From contig PS015099.1 in assembly GCA_048213135.1 (NCBI GenBank), positions 122,128-186,127 of the forward strand: a stretch of DNA of 64,000 nt. Reading direction: 5' to 3'. The translations under genes and the position numbers were made by a program. How positions within the stretch are numbered: the first letter of the stretch is position 1; each line of letters starts with the position of its first letter. The notes beneath the pieces are model-generated. The model made no database searches. It was not told the origin of the DNA and saw nothing but the letters and a program-made list of their open reading frames with translations. This document shows positions 37,901 through 51,749 of this stretch, piece after piece. The stretch is from Reclinomonas americana ATCC 50394 (taxonomy: Eukaryota).

Positions 37901-39355
37901 GCTGACGGATGAAGAGCTGGATGCCATGGTTGATTTGCCGAGAGTGGTGGCGAGGTGCGAAGGGAGGGAACGGGAGGGGAAGGGAGGGAGGGAGGGAAGG
38001 CGGAGGGAGGGAGGGAGGAAGGGAGGGAAGGCGGAGGGAGGGAGAATGGGAGGAAGGGATGGAGAGGGAGGGAGGAAGGGAGGGAGGGAGAAAGGAAGAG
38101 GAAAGGTAGAGAGATTGATCACGCGACAAAAAGAGAGGCGAGAGACAGAAGAGAAAGAGGGAAAAGAATGGGAGAAAGGGGATGAAAAGCAAAGAAAGAG
38201 AGAGTTGGATGTTAGGGAAGAGGGGGTGGTTGAAAACAAGGCAAGGAAAAAAAGAGAAAGAGAGAGAGAGGGGCATACGTGACCTGCATCTTTATCGCGC
38301 ACAATACCGTGGTCAACGTACATCCTCTGCAGACTATGCAGTCTCTCTTGTTGGCTGTCTTCAATATCTCTACCCTTCTCTGACTATCGCTTTCTCGCTG
38401 CTTCCGCGCGCCTCGCAGATGCACGCCAAGCACCAAGGTCCGCATGGTAGAGGCCCTTCGTCGACGCGCTCGTGTCGTGGCCATGACGGGCGACGGTGTC
38501 AACGATGCGGCCGCCATCAAGGTCGCCAATGTCGGCATTGCGATGGGCATTTCCGGGTCAGAAATCACCAAGTCAGTGGCCGACATGGTGCTGGCCGACG
38601 ACAACTTTGCCACCATTGTTATGGCGGTGCGCGAGGGTCGCCGGTTGTTTTACAGCATTGCCAACTTTGTTGTGCAATTATTGGTTGGCAACGTGGCAGA
38701 GGCCATTCAGCTCATGCTCGTCTTGTCTTTTTCGACCGATGAGCAAGGACTGCCCGTGTTTACCCTGTCGCCACTGGCGATTCTGTGGATCAACACAGCG
38801 ACAAGCACCGGCCCGTCGCTGGCTCTGTCGCTGGAGCCGCCGCCGCGCGACACCATGCGTCAGCCGCCGCTCCCATCGTCGCTGTTTACTCGGCAGCTGG
38901 TGGTGGATGTGCTGTTCTATGGGACACTGATCGGTGCTCTGAGCCTCGGCGGATACGTCATTGTTGTGTGGGGTGCCGGAGGCGGGGAGCTCGGCCACAA
39001 CTGCAACCACAGTGGCAACAGTGGCGCGATGGCCACCAACTGCGAATCTGTGACGCGCGGTCGAGCGGTAGCATTTGCCATTCTCAACTTTCTTCTGCTG
39101 TACAACTACGCTTTTTACCGTGCCACCTTCCCCCAGCGATGGCCTCTGCTTGCCTGCATTGTGGGTGGCATGGTGGCTGCCACTGTGCTCATATACATTC
39201 CGGTCGTGAATGACCGGGTGTTTCGACACGCCCCCATTACGTGGGAGTGGGGTGTGGTGGTCGGCGCGGTGGCGGTGTTCCACACGTGTGGTGTGATGTA
39301 TCAGTGGGCCGTGCGTAGGTATCGTCGCTTGCGTGCGGCAAGGGCGAGTGAGTAA
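34960..39355 (+). CDS. ENA1: P-type ATPase, type IID (ENA-like Na+/K+ exporter), 3 introns
   Basis: LTGES, DICSDKTGTLTTGKM, GNPTEVALQV, KRMS, KGAPE, DPPK, LTGDH, TGPQFDRL..EELD...LPRVVARCTPSTKVRMVEAL and AMTGDGVND. Confidence 0.85.
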
Positions 39356-39807
39356 CGCTGCGGTGACTCTATATATGTAGTGATAAAGACTCAAGAGGTG
39401 AAGAGTACTGAAGAACGAAGTGAACTGAGCGACAACAGTAACAATGCCAACTACCTGTGCACACCAAAACCATTGTGAACCTCTAATCCCCAATTCGACC
39501 TGCTGCTAGCTGTCGCAACGACGCAGCGCTTCCAGTGAATTGTTTGTCTCTCACTGCGAATCCAAATCGGCTTTGCAGTGTTTGGCGGGCCTTGCGAAGA
39601 CTGGGCGTGACACTCTGAGCGCTGCGTCTGTGCATTACGTGTGCCAAATCCACTTTCAAATTCAGTCCATGTGAAGAATACACTCCAGATATGAAAGCGA
39701 AGGCGCGGATACGTAGAGATAGAGAATGGAACATTGAATAGAGCAATGGCAATGTGCATGGGGAGCAACACGACTTGCAGTGATTGCTGGCAGTGCAGTT
39801 GTCATGA

Positions 39808-42800
39808 TCACGTCTTCCCGGCCACACTCGCGCGAGTCAACGAGGCCACATGGAACTGTTGCGCACGGCCACTTGGATCCTCTGTGTGGCTCCACTTGGG
39901 CTTCCACGCGCGCACCGACTTGCGCAGTCCCTGGCACGCCTCGTGTTCTCCAAAGAGCTTTTCGAAGATGATGCGGTAGTAGTAGCCTTCCTTGGTTGTC
40001 GGTGGCTCATGTGGAAACAGATCGGCCGCTCTTGCCAGGTCATCGTCGGACACTGCAAGCCCACAGTGCTGTACAAGAGTTACAAGTCGGTGATCGCCCG
40101 GGACAACAGTATCAATCGCTCGCTACGCCTTGCATAGCACACCTCTTTCAAGCCGTCGATCCACGAGTAGCCGACGCCGTCGCTGAACTGCTCCTTTTGA
40201 CGCCAGAGAATGTCTCGCGGAAGGTACTCTTCACCACAGACCTCCGGGTCAAATGCGTAGCGCATGACCCACTTTTCGATGCGAGAAGAACCATCTGCAT
40301 TCTTGCAGATCTTGTGCCGCGGATGCACCGCCATGGACACCTCGAGAAAGCTGCGTCGACACCACGGCACGCACTTTGCATGTGAGTTCACAATCGTGCA
40401 GTGCGCTGCGTGCATGCATATGCATCTCAACGCAAACAGCGCAACTCCACGTCCAGGAACGGAACGCGCAGTTCCAAGCTCTGACCAGAAGTTGATCGAT
40501 CGCCGCGAAGCACGTCGGCCTTGCTCAGCCGCTTGATTCGCTCCACCGTTTCTCGGTGAAACGCTGTGTTTTTGGTGGTTCGGTCTGTGAGAATCGCAAG
40601 CAACTCGCGATCGCTGCGTGTTGGCGGTGCATCATACCTTCTTCAGATGGCGCATTGTGAAAGTAGAGATAGCCGCCAAATACCTCGTCTGCGCCTTCGC
40701 CGGAGAGAACCACCTTGACATTCTTGCGTGCCAGAGCCGACACGAGGAACATCGGGGTTGAGGCGCGCACGGTTGTGATGTCGTACGACTCCAGGTGCCA
40801 AATCACCGACTCGAGAGCATCAATGCCCTCCTGATCATGCACATAAGAAGCCACAGCGTCAATAATTAAAACGTTCAGCACGCGAAATACAATGCAGTGT
40901 AACCGCCAGGTTGGCGTGCGCACACACCTGCACGGAGAAGACGAGCTCGTGATGCACTGTACCAAGGTACTCTGCGACACGGCGCGCCGCAGGAAGGTCG
41001 GAGCTGCACTCGCAAGATGAATTAGTCCATTGGGTACATGCACTGTGCCTACAGATCTACAGTCTACTACAGGCGGAACTGACTGCCAGCAACACCGCCA
41101 GCAACGCTGCGCCGTCACACACAAGATCTCGAGCTCCATACAGCGACATACCTTCCTTCCAGACCGCATGCGTAGCTGTGGAACGGGTACCCGTCTGGAA
41201 GATGCTTCTTCGCAACACTGGCCACGAGGCTCGAATCAAGACCGCCAGAAATAAACACTCCCACCTGCATATGACAAAGTGAGACATAGCGCTCGCCACC
41301 AGCAGTTGGCAATGGTCGAAGAGCTGGGCAGTCCCACACCATTCCATTTGACCAGTGCACGCNNNNNNNNNNNNNNNNNNNNNNNNNNNNNNNNNNNNNN
41401 NNNNNNNNNNNNNNNNNNNNNNNNNNNNNNNNNNNNNNNNNNNNNNNNNNNNNNNNNNNNNNNNNNNNNNNNNNNNNNNNNNNNNNNNNNNNNNNNNNNN
41501 NNNNNNNNNNNNNNNNNNNNNNNNNNNNNNNNNNNNNNNNNNNNNNNNNNNNNNNNNNNNNNNNNNNNNNNNNNNNNNNNNNNNNNNNNNNNNNNNNNNN
41601 NNNNNNNNNNNNNNNNNNNNNNNNNNNNNNNNNNNNNNNNNNNNNNNNNNNNNNNNNNNNNNNNNNNNNNNNNNNNNNNNNNNNNNNNNNNNNNNNNNNN
41701 NNNNNNNNNNNNNNNNNNNNNNNNNNNNNNNNNNNNNNNNNNNNNNNNNNNNNNNNNNNNNNNNNNNNNNNNNNNNNNNNNNNNNNNNNNNNNNNNNNNN
41801 NNNNNNNNNNNNNNNNNNNNNNNNNNNNNNNNNNNNNNNNNNNNNNNNNNNNNNNNNNNNNNNNNNNNNNNNNNNNNNNNNNNNNNNNNNNNNNNNNNNN
41901 NNNNNNNNNNNNNNNNNNNNNNNNNNNNNNNNNNNNNNNNNNNNNNNNNNNNNNNNNNNNNNNNNNNNNNNNNNNNNNNNNNNNNNNNNNNNNNNNNNNN
42001 NNNNNNNNNNNNNNNNNNNNNNNNNNNNNNNNNNNNNNNNNNNNNNNNNNNNNNNNNNNNNNNNNNNNNNNNNNNNNNNNNNNNNNNNNNNNCGGAACGT
42101 CAGACATGAGTCGGCGCACCACGGCCTTCGTAAAGGCTTCGTGGATGCCTCGGAAGTCCGCCACCTCAACTGGAGTGGGCATCCATCTCTCGTCATAGAA
42201 CACTGGTTGGTACCACGCCTGAAAGCCACCGCCGTCGTCTCGTGATACGCGCGTGGCACCAGCCACGCACGAGCCCATCTGGGGGAGCCAGTGCGCAGCG
42301 CGCAGTTCAGTACACAGAAGACAAGCAGTGTCACACTCAAATGTCTAACTGAGGATGACGCACATAGTAGTGACCAGGCGGGAACTCTGTGAGTTCGCAG
42401 CAGTGCTTCAACAGGGCTTTGGCTTCCGACGCGAACCACAGTGCTACAAAGACAACATGAGACGACTGTTGAGATTTTGAAACAAAACACTTCATTCACC
42501 ACATTCCAATAATGCGACAAATGTCCATACTGACACAAATAATAGACATGATCCACTTACCTCCGTCGCTGCTGCGTCCAAAGAAGAGGCTTCGGATCCC
42601 AATTGGGTCGCGACCGACTACAAAGCGACCGGCAGCCACATCCACCAGGACAATGGCAAATTCCTACGCAACCACCAACAAGTTCAGTCATACTGCAACA
42701 CTGAACATGCAACGGCAGACGTCTATAATGGTGTCGCACGTGCACGCAACTCCACGCAGAAGATTGAAAAATGTGGACACGGCAGCCGCGTCACTGGTTC

Positions 42801-43276
42801 GGCCGAGACAATGCTTTTCGAAGAGTGGCGCCAGTATCTCGCAGTCTGAATCGGAACGCATGTGCACGTCAGATAACTCCAGTGCTCGCAGCTGCTGATG
42901 GTTGTAGATTTCGCCATTGGCAATGCCTGGTGTGTGCGCACTCCACAGTGAGGACATGTACAACGAACTTTGCCGCGCTCTTTTCACCATGTGTACCCAC
43001 GAAACTCAGCACAATCGGACTTGCGACGTCACCCACGCGCACATCTTGCTCACGAAGAGTCTCCACGTCGCCGCTGGACATGGGTTGGTGACCGTCTTCG
43101 GGTGCGACAATGGCCAGGCGAGCAAAGCCCAGACCCACCAGTCCGTCAGCACTCACAAATGAGGTGATTTCATCGGGTCCGCGATGGACGATTTGCTGCG
43201 TGCACGCTTCAACCAGAGCTTTCTTCTCTCGATCATCAGACGACGGCTGCCCAAGAACGGCAAAGATTCCACACAT
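39808..43276 (-). CDS. ASNS: Glutamine-dependent asparagine synthetase
   Basis: MCGIF N-terminus, [69 protein letters not shown] and DPSGRA. Confidence 0.97.
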
Positions 43277-43299
43277 GCTAGCTCCTCTCTCACGGGCGT

Positions 43300-43412
43300 C
43301 TGTATACGTATAAGTGAGAATTCGAAGGTGCGAGAAGGGTGAGCTCGAGACCACTCATGTGATCGCATGAGCACGCGAAAGTAGCTAACGTTGTCTGCTC
43401 TCCGCCACTCAC
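43300..43412 (-). other. Probable 5'-UTR intron of asparagine synthetase
   Basis: GAG|GTGAGT donor, CTCAC branch-like motif and TACAG acceptor about 23 nt upstream of the ATG. Confidence 0.5.
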
Positions 43413-44071
43413 CTCAATCAGTATAGTCAAGTTGTGAATTTGCGAAGTGATGCTCACACGTGTTTCGCCGTGGTCGTGAGATTTGCCTTTGTGACGACTG
43501 CTGCAATCGGCCGCAAAGCTGCCGGGTGCTGCAGTGGCGATTCTCACCTCCCTGCCAAAAGCGAACACACCTCGCCACTGTAGTCAGTGGTGACTCGCAG
43601 ATGTGTGTATATACTGGAACACCTCGGTGCGCCGTGCGCGCACTGCCCATGCGCAACTGCTGTACACAGAGAAGTTTAGGTCGGTTGGGCTATTTTTGGT
43701 GTGACTGTTGCAGTGTGGCAGTTCCCAATTGCCTTCACGACCGGTCACGATCACGAGTCGGTTGCGAGAGACTGCACCAGTCGGGCCCTGACATATAGAT
43801 AGCAGCAGCGCGTCTATAACACAACAATTGTGTCGCTTCGCACAAGGAAAAAATGGTACGCTGCTTAGCGCACGTGGCACAACACCGTGAATGATTCGTG
43901 CGGTGGGTGTGTCAATCGAGATTAAACACCCCGTCAAAGAAGCCATGAGATCGAAGAGGAGGAACACGCACGGCGCTGTGGCACACAAAGACGCAGCGCA
44001 GCGTGTTGCTGTTGCTGCTGGAGAGTAGACAATGCACAACACTGCGTGCATTTTTCCGTTTCTGTACGTGT

Positions 44072-47000
44072 TTACAGTTTCAGGTTGATAAGGTCCTTCT
44101 TTGTCACCACACCCAACAGGTGTCCACCAGCACTTGTCACAAATACGTGCCCAATATTCAGCATGTTGAACATGAAAAACAGCTTCGGCAGGGGAGTCAA
44201 CTCGTTCACAGTTAACGGCGACGGTTCGGCCGGGACGTATATGATTCTACATGCACGCTGGTCTGTCAGTGTCGGGATCCTATACACCAGCACGAAAAAT
44301 GACTCGACTGCTCACCCTGCATTGATCATCGAGAGCAAGTCAGAGTTCGGCGAGAATACGCTCGGTCGGATCGGCAGCCCGTCGGTGCTCTGCTCGGAGA
44401 CAAGCAGCACACCGGCTGGATCAACCCGCCGCCCGTCCACACTGCACACGTTGCATGAGAGTTTGTATGTATGTTGACCCCCCCGCCCCCTCACGTGCTG
44501 CTGTACACGCGTGCACCACGCAACGAATTCCTAACAACGGGTGCCACATCGAGCGGTCCGGCACCTGCAGCATTCGAACCCTCAGCAGCGAGGCCAAGTA
44601 CACAGAGAGAGCGATGCAGCAATTTTGCGGAAAACCATCTGCGGGGACATGAGACATGGTGCTCTCCTCCGTTTCCGCAACGTCCGCAGATGGCGCGCTC
44701 TGGGCTCACGTCGGTGAAACAAAGAAATAAGAAGAGAACGACTTCTCCCAATGCACAAACCAGTTCGAGTGGAGCGGGTTTCACTTCTGGCAAATCCATA
44801 CTTTTCAACTCTTGCACCCGATCGCGGCGGACGAGAGACGGCCGATCAATCACAAATTGTACTCGCGGATTCTGTATGCCGTCGAAACATCAGTACGCAA
44901 GCGGCAGCAAGAGACTGAAGAGCAACTAGTTAATTCTCCGAACCTCGTCATCGGAAAGTGCGTCCAGCGGCTGCATTGCAAGCTGCTGACACAGGGCTTC
45001 GTATTGCACAAGTACTTGCATGATATCGCCATACTGCGCAGTACCCACCAAAATGCGATCAACTGCACAGACAATAAAGAATGTCATCGGTCTGGAAAAC
45101 ATCGAAGCTAGATTCGTTCTTCTGCAACTTGCTCATTTTCGTAATGTGCACTGCACGCACTTACTCATGCAACCGTTTGATCTCCGCCATCCATGATAAT
45201 CACTCATGCACTGTACGGCCCTCTAGTTCCCTCCCACCCTCGAGCTCTACTCGCCCGCATAGCACCTGCACGCAACTGTGATTGTTGACCACAGGATACG
45301 TCAGTTTCCGGCTCGCTTGACACAGAGTGGCCAACTTGCGCAGCGACGTCGTCTCTTCAACAGTGATGAGCGTCAGAGTCCGCATAACATCGGCAGCCAC
45401 CAACGCATTGTTGCTGTTAAGTGGTTCAAGGCAGAATAATTGAGTCTGCAAGCAGACAGGCAGTTCGCCTTCTCTGCGTACGCAACACTGGATCTCGGAT
45501 CTGCTCCAAGTACGGTAGTCCACGGAGCAAAATCACCGCGTCATAGATGGAGATTATCATGGATCTGGAAAGAAGAACACTGGACATGGTCGCCACCTGC
45601 AACAAGGAGATCAGTACGCTGTATGGGCACGAAGGGCAGTCACGCGCCAGCCTACCAGGACCGGCAAGAAATAACTCAAATCGCCACTGAGTTCGAACAC
45701 AATGATGCTGGTGCTGTGGTGTACGAGACGCAACAAAGTTCAATCGCAGGCTACTGTATTTACACGTACGCTCAGTGTCACTGTTCTTACCTGACGGCTT
45801 GCGTAGCTCCAGAATTTACGGCTCCGGAGCCTGACAATCGCAAGTGTAGGTCCGCATTGAGAAAGACTAACAATTGCAAGTCGCATGTCTCACTCAAGAT
45901 CCTGAATCTGTATGCGTGCCTCTGAAATAGCATATCAAGTGTTTTAAACTCCTCTCTTAGTGCAACGACAGAAAATGGCGACGAGGGGAAAAAAGACAAA
46001 AAACGGGGCGGGGGGGGGGGGGTGTCGGAATGTCAATCTTCCTTCCACCACACGTGTGCCACACATTCTTGCTCTCCTCATCTGTTACGCATGTGTGAAA
46101 CTCACCGACAACAGCCCACGCGGCTGGCGGAATGCCAATTGACGGCCAAATTACGTTGACGAGCTCACCAAAGAACCGACCAAGCAAGCTTCCGAGTACG
46201 TACAGCGGGACAAACACACCACTGGGGATGGGCTGCGTAACCGACACGGGCGACAAGAGAAGCTTCAACAATAAAAAACAACAACAATAGCTCGTCAACA
46301 CAGCAGCAACTCGAATAGTGTACACACGCAATTTTTCCTCGCACACACCACCCAGCCGAAGAGCATCAACGTGGAGACGAAATAGTTGGGATACTCCCAC
46401 GCTCCCTGGCGCTCCAAGTCATACATGTCGCCTAGAATCTTTCGCGGCAGCGCCTGTGACGATTGAGGTCACAAAATCAGACTGGAGCAGGCACTTGCGC
46501 CACGCGCAAAAATGAAAGCACTAATGGACGCACCCGCGCAAAGTCGAACGGATACGAGCCGATGGATGTGACGAGGTACACAATGATCACGGTGGCATAT
46601 TTCCTGAACCGACGGTCAACATCGTCAGGATACAGCGCGAAAGGTTCAGGCGGACGCAACGATGTGCGCATCCACGTGTACTTGCGACGAGTGAGGACCC
46701 AGAATTTGACCAGTCGCACGTACAAGACACCAATGAGACCGCCAACCAAACCAAGCACGGAAAAGAGCAGCATGTCTTGCATGCGATACTTGATTGGATT
46801 GAACTTGGTGGCAAATAAGATGGTGCTTCCCACCGCCACGTCTGCGAACACACCATTCGTTACATCACGGCAGCAGAGGAAATGGTGGACACAGACGAAC
46901 CGCGCACGAGGTAAAAGAATACGGCCGCCGAACCAGCACAAAGAAATCCCTTCCACAAATTGGTCGTAAAGTAAAACGTGGTTGTCACCTCCACCGAGAA

Positions 47001-48037
47001 GAGCAAGCCTACTATGCGTGTTTGTAACAGAGAGAGAGAGAGAGAGACAGAGTTGCTGGCACACATTTTCGCTCACCTCCAAATGGTGCCCCGAGTGCCG
47101 CACACACTCCAGCGGCGGCAGCCGCACCCAAAAGTTGCGTATGGAGAACATCATTCTACGTAAGATGACAAGCTAACGGGTAGGAGTACGGTATTGCAGC
47201 AGTGGTGCAACAAAACACAACACGAAACGGTGAGCAGCTGGCGGAAGAAAGGCAGTCGTGCACTGCAACGGCGTGGGAATCAATTGCCACGACAGGCGTC
47301 GGAAGGCATACGGACGCAACATGTTATGTGCTAAGCAAATGGCAATGTGGACCAAGGGACCCACACGACCAACATAAAGCGCTGCACCGAACACAACATG
47401 AGAAACTCATACACAGCCGCCCACTAAGAATAGACAGGCACACACACAAACACACACCGCTAGCAAGACTGCCGCAAACTCCCACCGTCTTCGCAATCAT
47501 GGTGCGAATAGACATGTATCGGTTCATGACAATGCCGGAGATGAGGCACTTGAGTTCGGGGATTCCACTACCTGCGTGGCAGAGGGAGACCTGTTCAGAC
47601 GTCTTAAAACTGAAGGGGCCTTGCTCAGGGACCAAGAGCTCGCCTGCAGCATCCCGCGATATGAACTGCACGGCGCACGGTGCCACAAGCACGAATGCCA
47701 AGCCCATTCCCACGTACACAGCATATCCCGCCCAGTAGCCACCGGCACCGTCACTGTCACGCACAGCCTGTACGACCCACGCTCGACCTGCGAGACGACC
47801 CGAATGAGAGGCTGCGAAAGATGAAGACAGAGCCTAATGTGTCTGCTAAATACAGAGGTATCTCTCAGTTTCATCTCCACCCCTCATTCTCTGTCTCTCT
47901 GTCGCAGACAAACTCTCCCAACATCACACCGTCGTCAGCTCGTTGTACGGCAACGTCGATGAGGATACCAAAGGCGCCGGTCAGCAAGCCCACCACCAGC
48001 AGGAACAGCACAATAACAAACGTCTGATTCCTGAGAG
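44072..48037 (-). CDS. CLC chloride channel (ClC-1/2/K-like) with C-terminal CBS domains; N-terminus beyond the gap
   Basis: GSGIPELK, GRVGPLVHI, GLLFSVEVT, PSGVFVP..VLGSLLGRFFGE, SIYDAVI..RGLPYL, and CBS end FVTSAGGHLLGVVTKKDL. Confidence 0.93.
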
Positions 48038-48391
48038 CTATCATCACAACGGGTGAGTGTGTGTCACGCACACACATATGTAGAGAGAGAGACAGACAGT
48101 CACACACACAGGGATAACAGGGACAGAGAGACAGTCATACACAGACACAGAAACCGCAGACACACGCCATCTACACACTAGCACACGCACACACGCTCAC
48201 ATACACACACACACACAGAGAGAGAGGTAGTCAGTTGAGACCATAGACTCACATATAGTGAGATTAAGACTCGTTGAGACAGTCAGTCACACAGTGAGAC
48301 ACGCAGCCAGCACAGACACAGATACACAAGATAGACACACTCACAGAGAGTCACACAGAGACACAAGCACAGACAGATATACAAACAAAAA

Positions 48392-48427
<36 letters not shown>

Positions 48428-49038
48428 TCATACGTACATACAAATATACACCAGTGAGGCAGAGAGGGAGAGACTGAGAGAGAGAGAGAGGAGGGACAGA
48501 CAGACACGAAGCCAATACACACACATACACACACACANNNNNNNNNNNNNNNNNNNNNNNNNNNNNNNNNNNNNNNNNNNNNNNNNNNNNNNNNNNNNNN
48601 NNNNNNNNNNNNNNNNNNNNNNNNNNNNNNNNNNNNNNNNNNNNNNNNNNNNNNNNNNNNNNNNNNNNNNNNNNNNNNNNNNNNNNNNNNNNNNNNNNNN
48701 NNNNNNNNNNNNNNNNNNNNNNNNNNNNNNNNNNNNNNNNNNNNNNNNNNNNNNNNNNNNNNNNNNNNNNNNNNNNNNNNNNNNNNNNNNNNNNNNNNNN
48801 NNNNNNNNNNNNNNNNNNNNNNNNNNNNNNNNNNNNNNNNNNNNNNNNNNNNNNNNNNNNNNNNNNNNNNNNNNNNNNNNNNNNNNNNNNNNNNNNNNNN
48901 NNNNNNNNNNNNNNNNNNNNNNNNNNNNNNNNNNNNNNNNNNNNNNNNNNNNNNNNNNNNNNNNNNNNNNNNNNNNNNNNNNNNNNNNNNNNNNNNNNNN
49001 NNNNNNNNNNNNNNNNNNNNNNNNNNNNNNNNNNNNNN

Positions 49039-49087
<49 letters not shown>

Positions 49088-49141
49088 AACTCTCTCTGCC
49101 TGTCTCCCCCCCTCACCGACACCGCCTCCCTCGACGCACAG

Positions 49142-49627
49142 ATTGACGCGCCTCCCCGCGTACGCCTTGTGTCGTTTGCCACAGGCGACAATGTGCGTCG
49201 GAGTCGCTATTCGTGCACTCCTTTTGCTTTGCTCATACACGATGCGCATGTCTCCTATGTTACAGGAGAATGTGGTAATGGGAATTGCGGATCCCCAACT
49301 GGCGCACTTCGCTATCGGGCCTGGGGTCGCTCGCGCACGCACTTCGACGGCTGTGCAGCCCATGGCCCTGGCCGAGGCACCGACGGTGGTCGATGTCCAC
49401 AAGGAGCATCCCTACGACGTGGCCGATTTCATGGCGTCCACGCGCGTGGTTAGCAAGAGTGCAGCGCACGATGAACGTGAGGTGCGGTGCCAGATGGTGA
49501 TGCGCCATTTGATGTGCGTTACTCACATGCACCGTTCAGGCCAAGGTGGCTGGTCCCTTTCATGACCTGGTGCAGCACGTACATGTCATTACCATCAAGC
49601 GCTCGCGGTGGGGCCGTCTTGCTGACG
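49142..49627 (+). CDS. Three exons on a small contig, probably the CLC N-terminal region in inverted orientation
   Basis: Plus-strand GT-AG exons IDAPPRV...RSRWGRLAD end in a phase-1 donor matching the phase-1 CLC acceptor at 48037. Gaps flank both sides. Confidence 0.55.
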
Positions 49628-49648
49628 GTTGCGTCGTCTTCCTTGGCG

Positions 49649-49759
<111 letters not shown>

Positions 49760-51077
49760 GTCGTCGTCGTCTCGTCTCTCTCTCTCTCTCTCTCNNNNNN
49801 NNNNNNNNNNNNNNNNNNNNNNNNNNNNNNNNNNNNNNNNNNNNNNNNNNNNNNNNNNNNNNNNNNNNNNNNNNNNNNNNNNNNNNNNNNNNNNNNNNNN
49901 NNNNNNNNNNNNNNNNNNNNNNNNNNNNNNNNNNNNNNNNNNNNNNNNNNNNNNNNNNNNNNNNNNNNNNNNNNNNNNNNNNNNNNNNNNNNNNNNNNNN
50001 NNNNNNNNNNNNCCACTCCCTCTCTCTCCTCGTGCTCCCTCCCTTTCCTTCCCACCTCCTCTCTCTCTCTCACTCACTCTCTCTCTCTCTCTCTCTCTCT
50101 CTGACTGTCGGTCTTTACTCAATCAGGACGACGATGTCCTGGCTCTTTTTTCTGCCTACACTAGCCGATACACGAATTGCGCGCAACAACAACAACAACA
50201 ACAACAACAATTCATTCACCAACAAACAAGCAACAGCTGTCTTGATGACCAAGTTCAACCATATCCAAAACTTCAACACAGACACCAATCTTGAGGCAGC
50301 AGCAGGTTCCTTGTGTGCGTGTACATGTGTTCGCTCTCGCTGCGGAGCTCCGAACAAAACGAGAACTGCGATCTTCACCGCATAAGCGTGGTCAGCAGCC
50401 TGCGAATGCAGCTGCAACAATGAAGTCCTGGACCCCACCGCCAAAACGCGATTGCTTGTACATGTACATGTTTAGAGAATTCCTGTAGTTTGCGCCTTGG
50501 TCACTGTCGGTAAGGGATTTGTGGACATCTGATCTTGAGCAATAACAACAACAACAACAACAACTGCGCCCACCACCAGCCACCACCGATATGAACCCCA
50601 TCAACAACATTACAAGCTCTCTTGTGTGTTTCAACCACGCCACACCACCACTGTTTGCTTTTTTGCTTTGCCTGCTTCACGGATCCGGACCCGGCTTTGC
50701 TTTGTTTGCCTGGCTTATGGCCTTGTCCCAAATTCGATGTGCCGTGTACGATCGCAGAAAACGCTATGCGTCAAGTCCACTGTTCAACCACGCTTTATGC
50801 TGTGAAGATCACACTTCTTGATCTTTGTTTCGATCTCGACGTCGACTTGTTCGCGATCGGATCTCCGACAGTGAACACACGCGCGCAAGGAACCAGCTGC
50901 GCTCTGCCTCAAGACTGGCGTTTTTGTTGATAATTGGAATATGGCCGGAGTTGGTCATCGCAGCTGTCGCAGCGTAGATTTTGTTGGCGAGTGAGGTTTC
51001 ATGCATCCAACGAACGCGCGAATTCCCGCGCATTTTTTCGTTTACGTTGTTTGCATTTTCCCCCGTGCGAACAAACA

Positions 51078-51694
51078 ATGCGTCGTCACGCGCTCCCTCT
51101 CCTCTTTCTCTCTCTTCTCTGCATTGCTTGTGTCGCCCATGTGGCATACGGTGAGTGACATGCGCACGCACACAAGGAGCACAAAGCGCAGTGCTCTGTG
51201 CGATCGTTTTAGTATGTTCAGAATGGCATTCATCACACACACACACGCATCACTCCGCTTTGCTGTCGTGGCGCACGTCTTCGTCCTTCGCATCATGCGT
51301 GTGCAGCGTGGCAGCCTTGAGAGAGGGTCTTTGGGGTGGGCATGGGCGCGAAAAACTTTCTCCACATGTCCGCCCCACGCACTGCACTCTCTCAGTTTGT
51401 TAGTCTCGTGCCTGCACGGTTTTGACACACTCGTGCGTGCCACAGTGAGAGCGCACACCGAGAGAGGGAGAGAGGGTGATGAGATGACAAATTATACGGA
51501 GTTATAAGTGAAAAATGGTGCATCTGTGTGTGCGTGTGTGTGTGTGTGTGTTTGTGCGTGTGCGTGTGTGCGTGTGTGTTTGTGCGAGGGAAGGCGTGTA
51601 TGTGAGTGAGCGCGGGGGTGTCTCACGCACTTGATTCATTTTNNNNNNNNNNNNNNNNNNNNCTCCCTCCTTCCTTCGTCTCGTCCTCCTCCTC

Positions 51695-51749
<55 letters not shown>

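Noticed and set aside
375-48037. Alternative genetic code or stop-codon readthrough
   Set aside because: The conserved exons I traced contain no in-frame stops, and TAA, TAG and TGA all occur as terminators.
50033-50960. Possible 5' exons of the CLC gene or a small separate gene
   Set aside because: I could not build a phase-consistent, recognisable exon chain on either strand.
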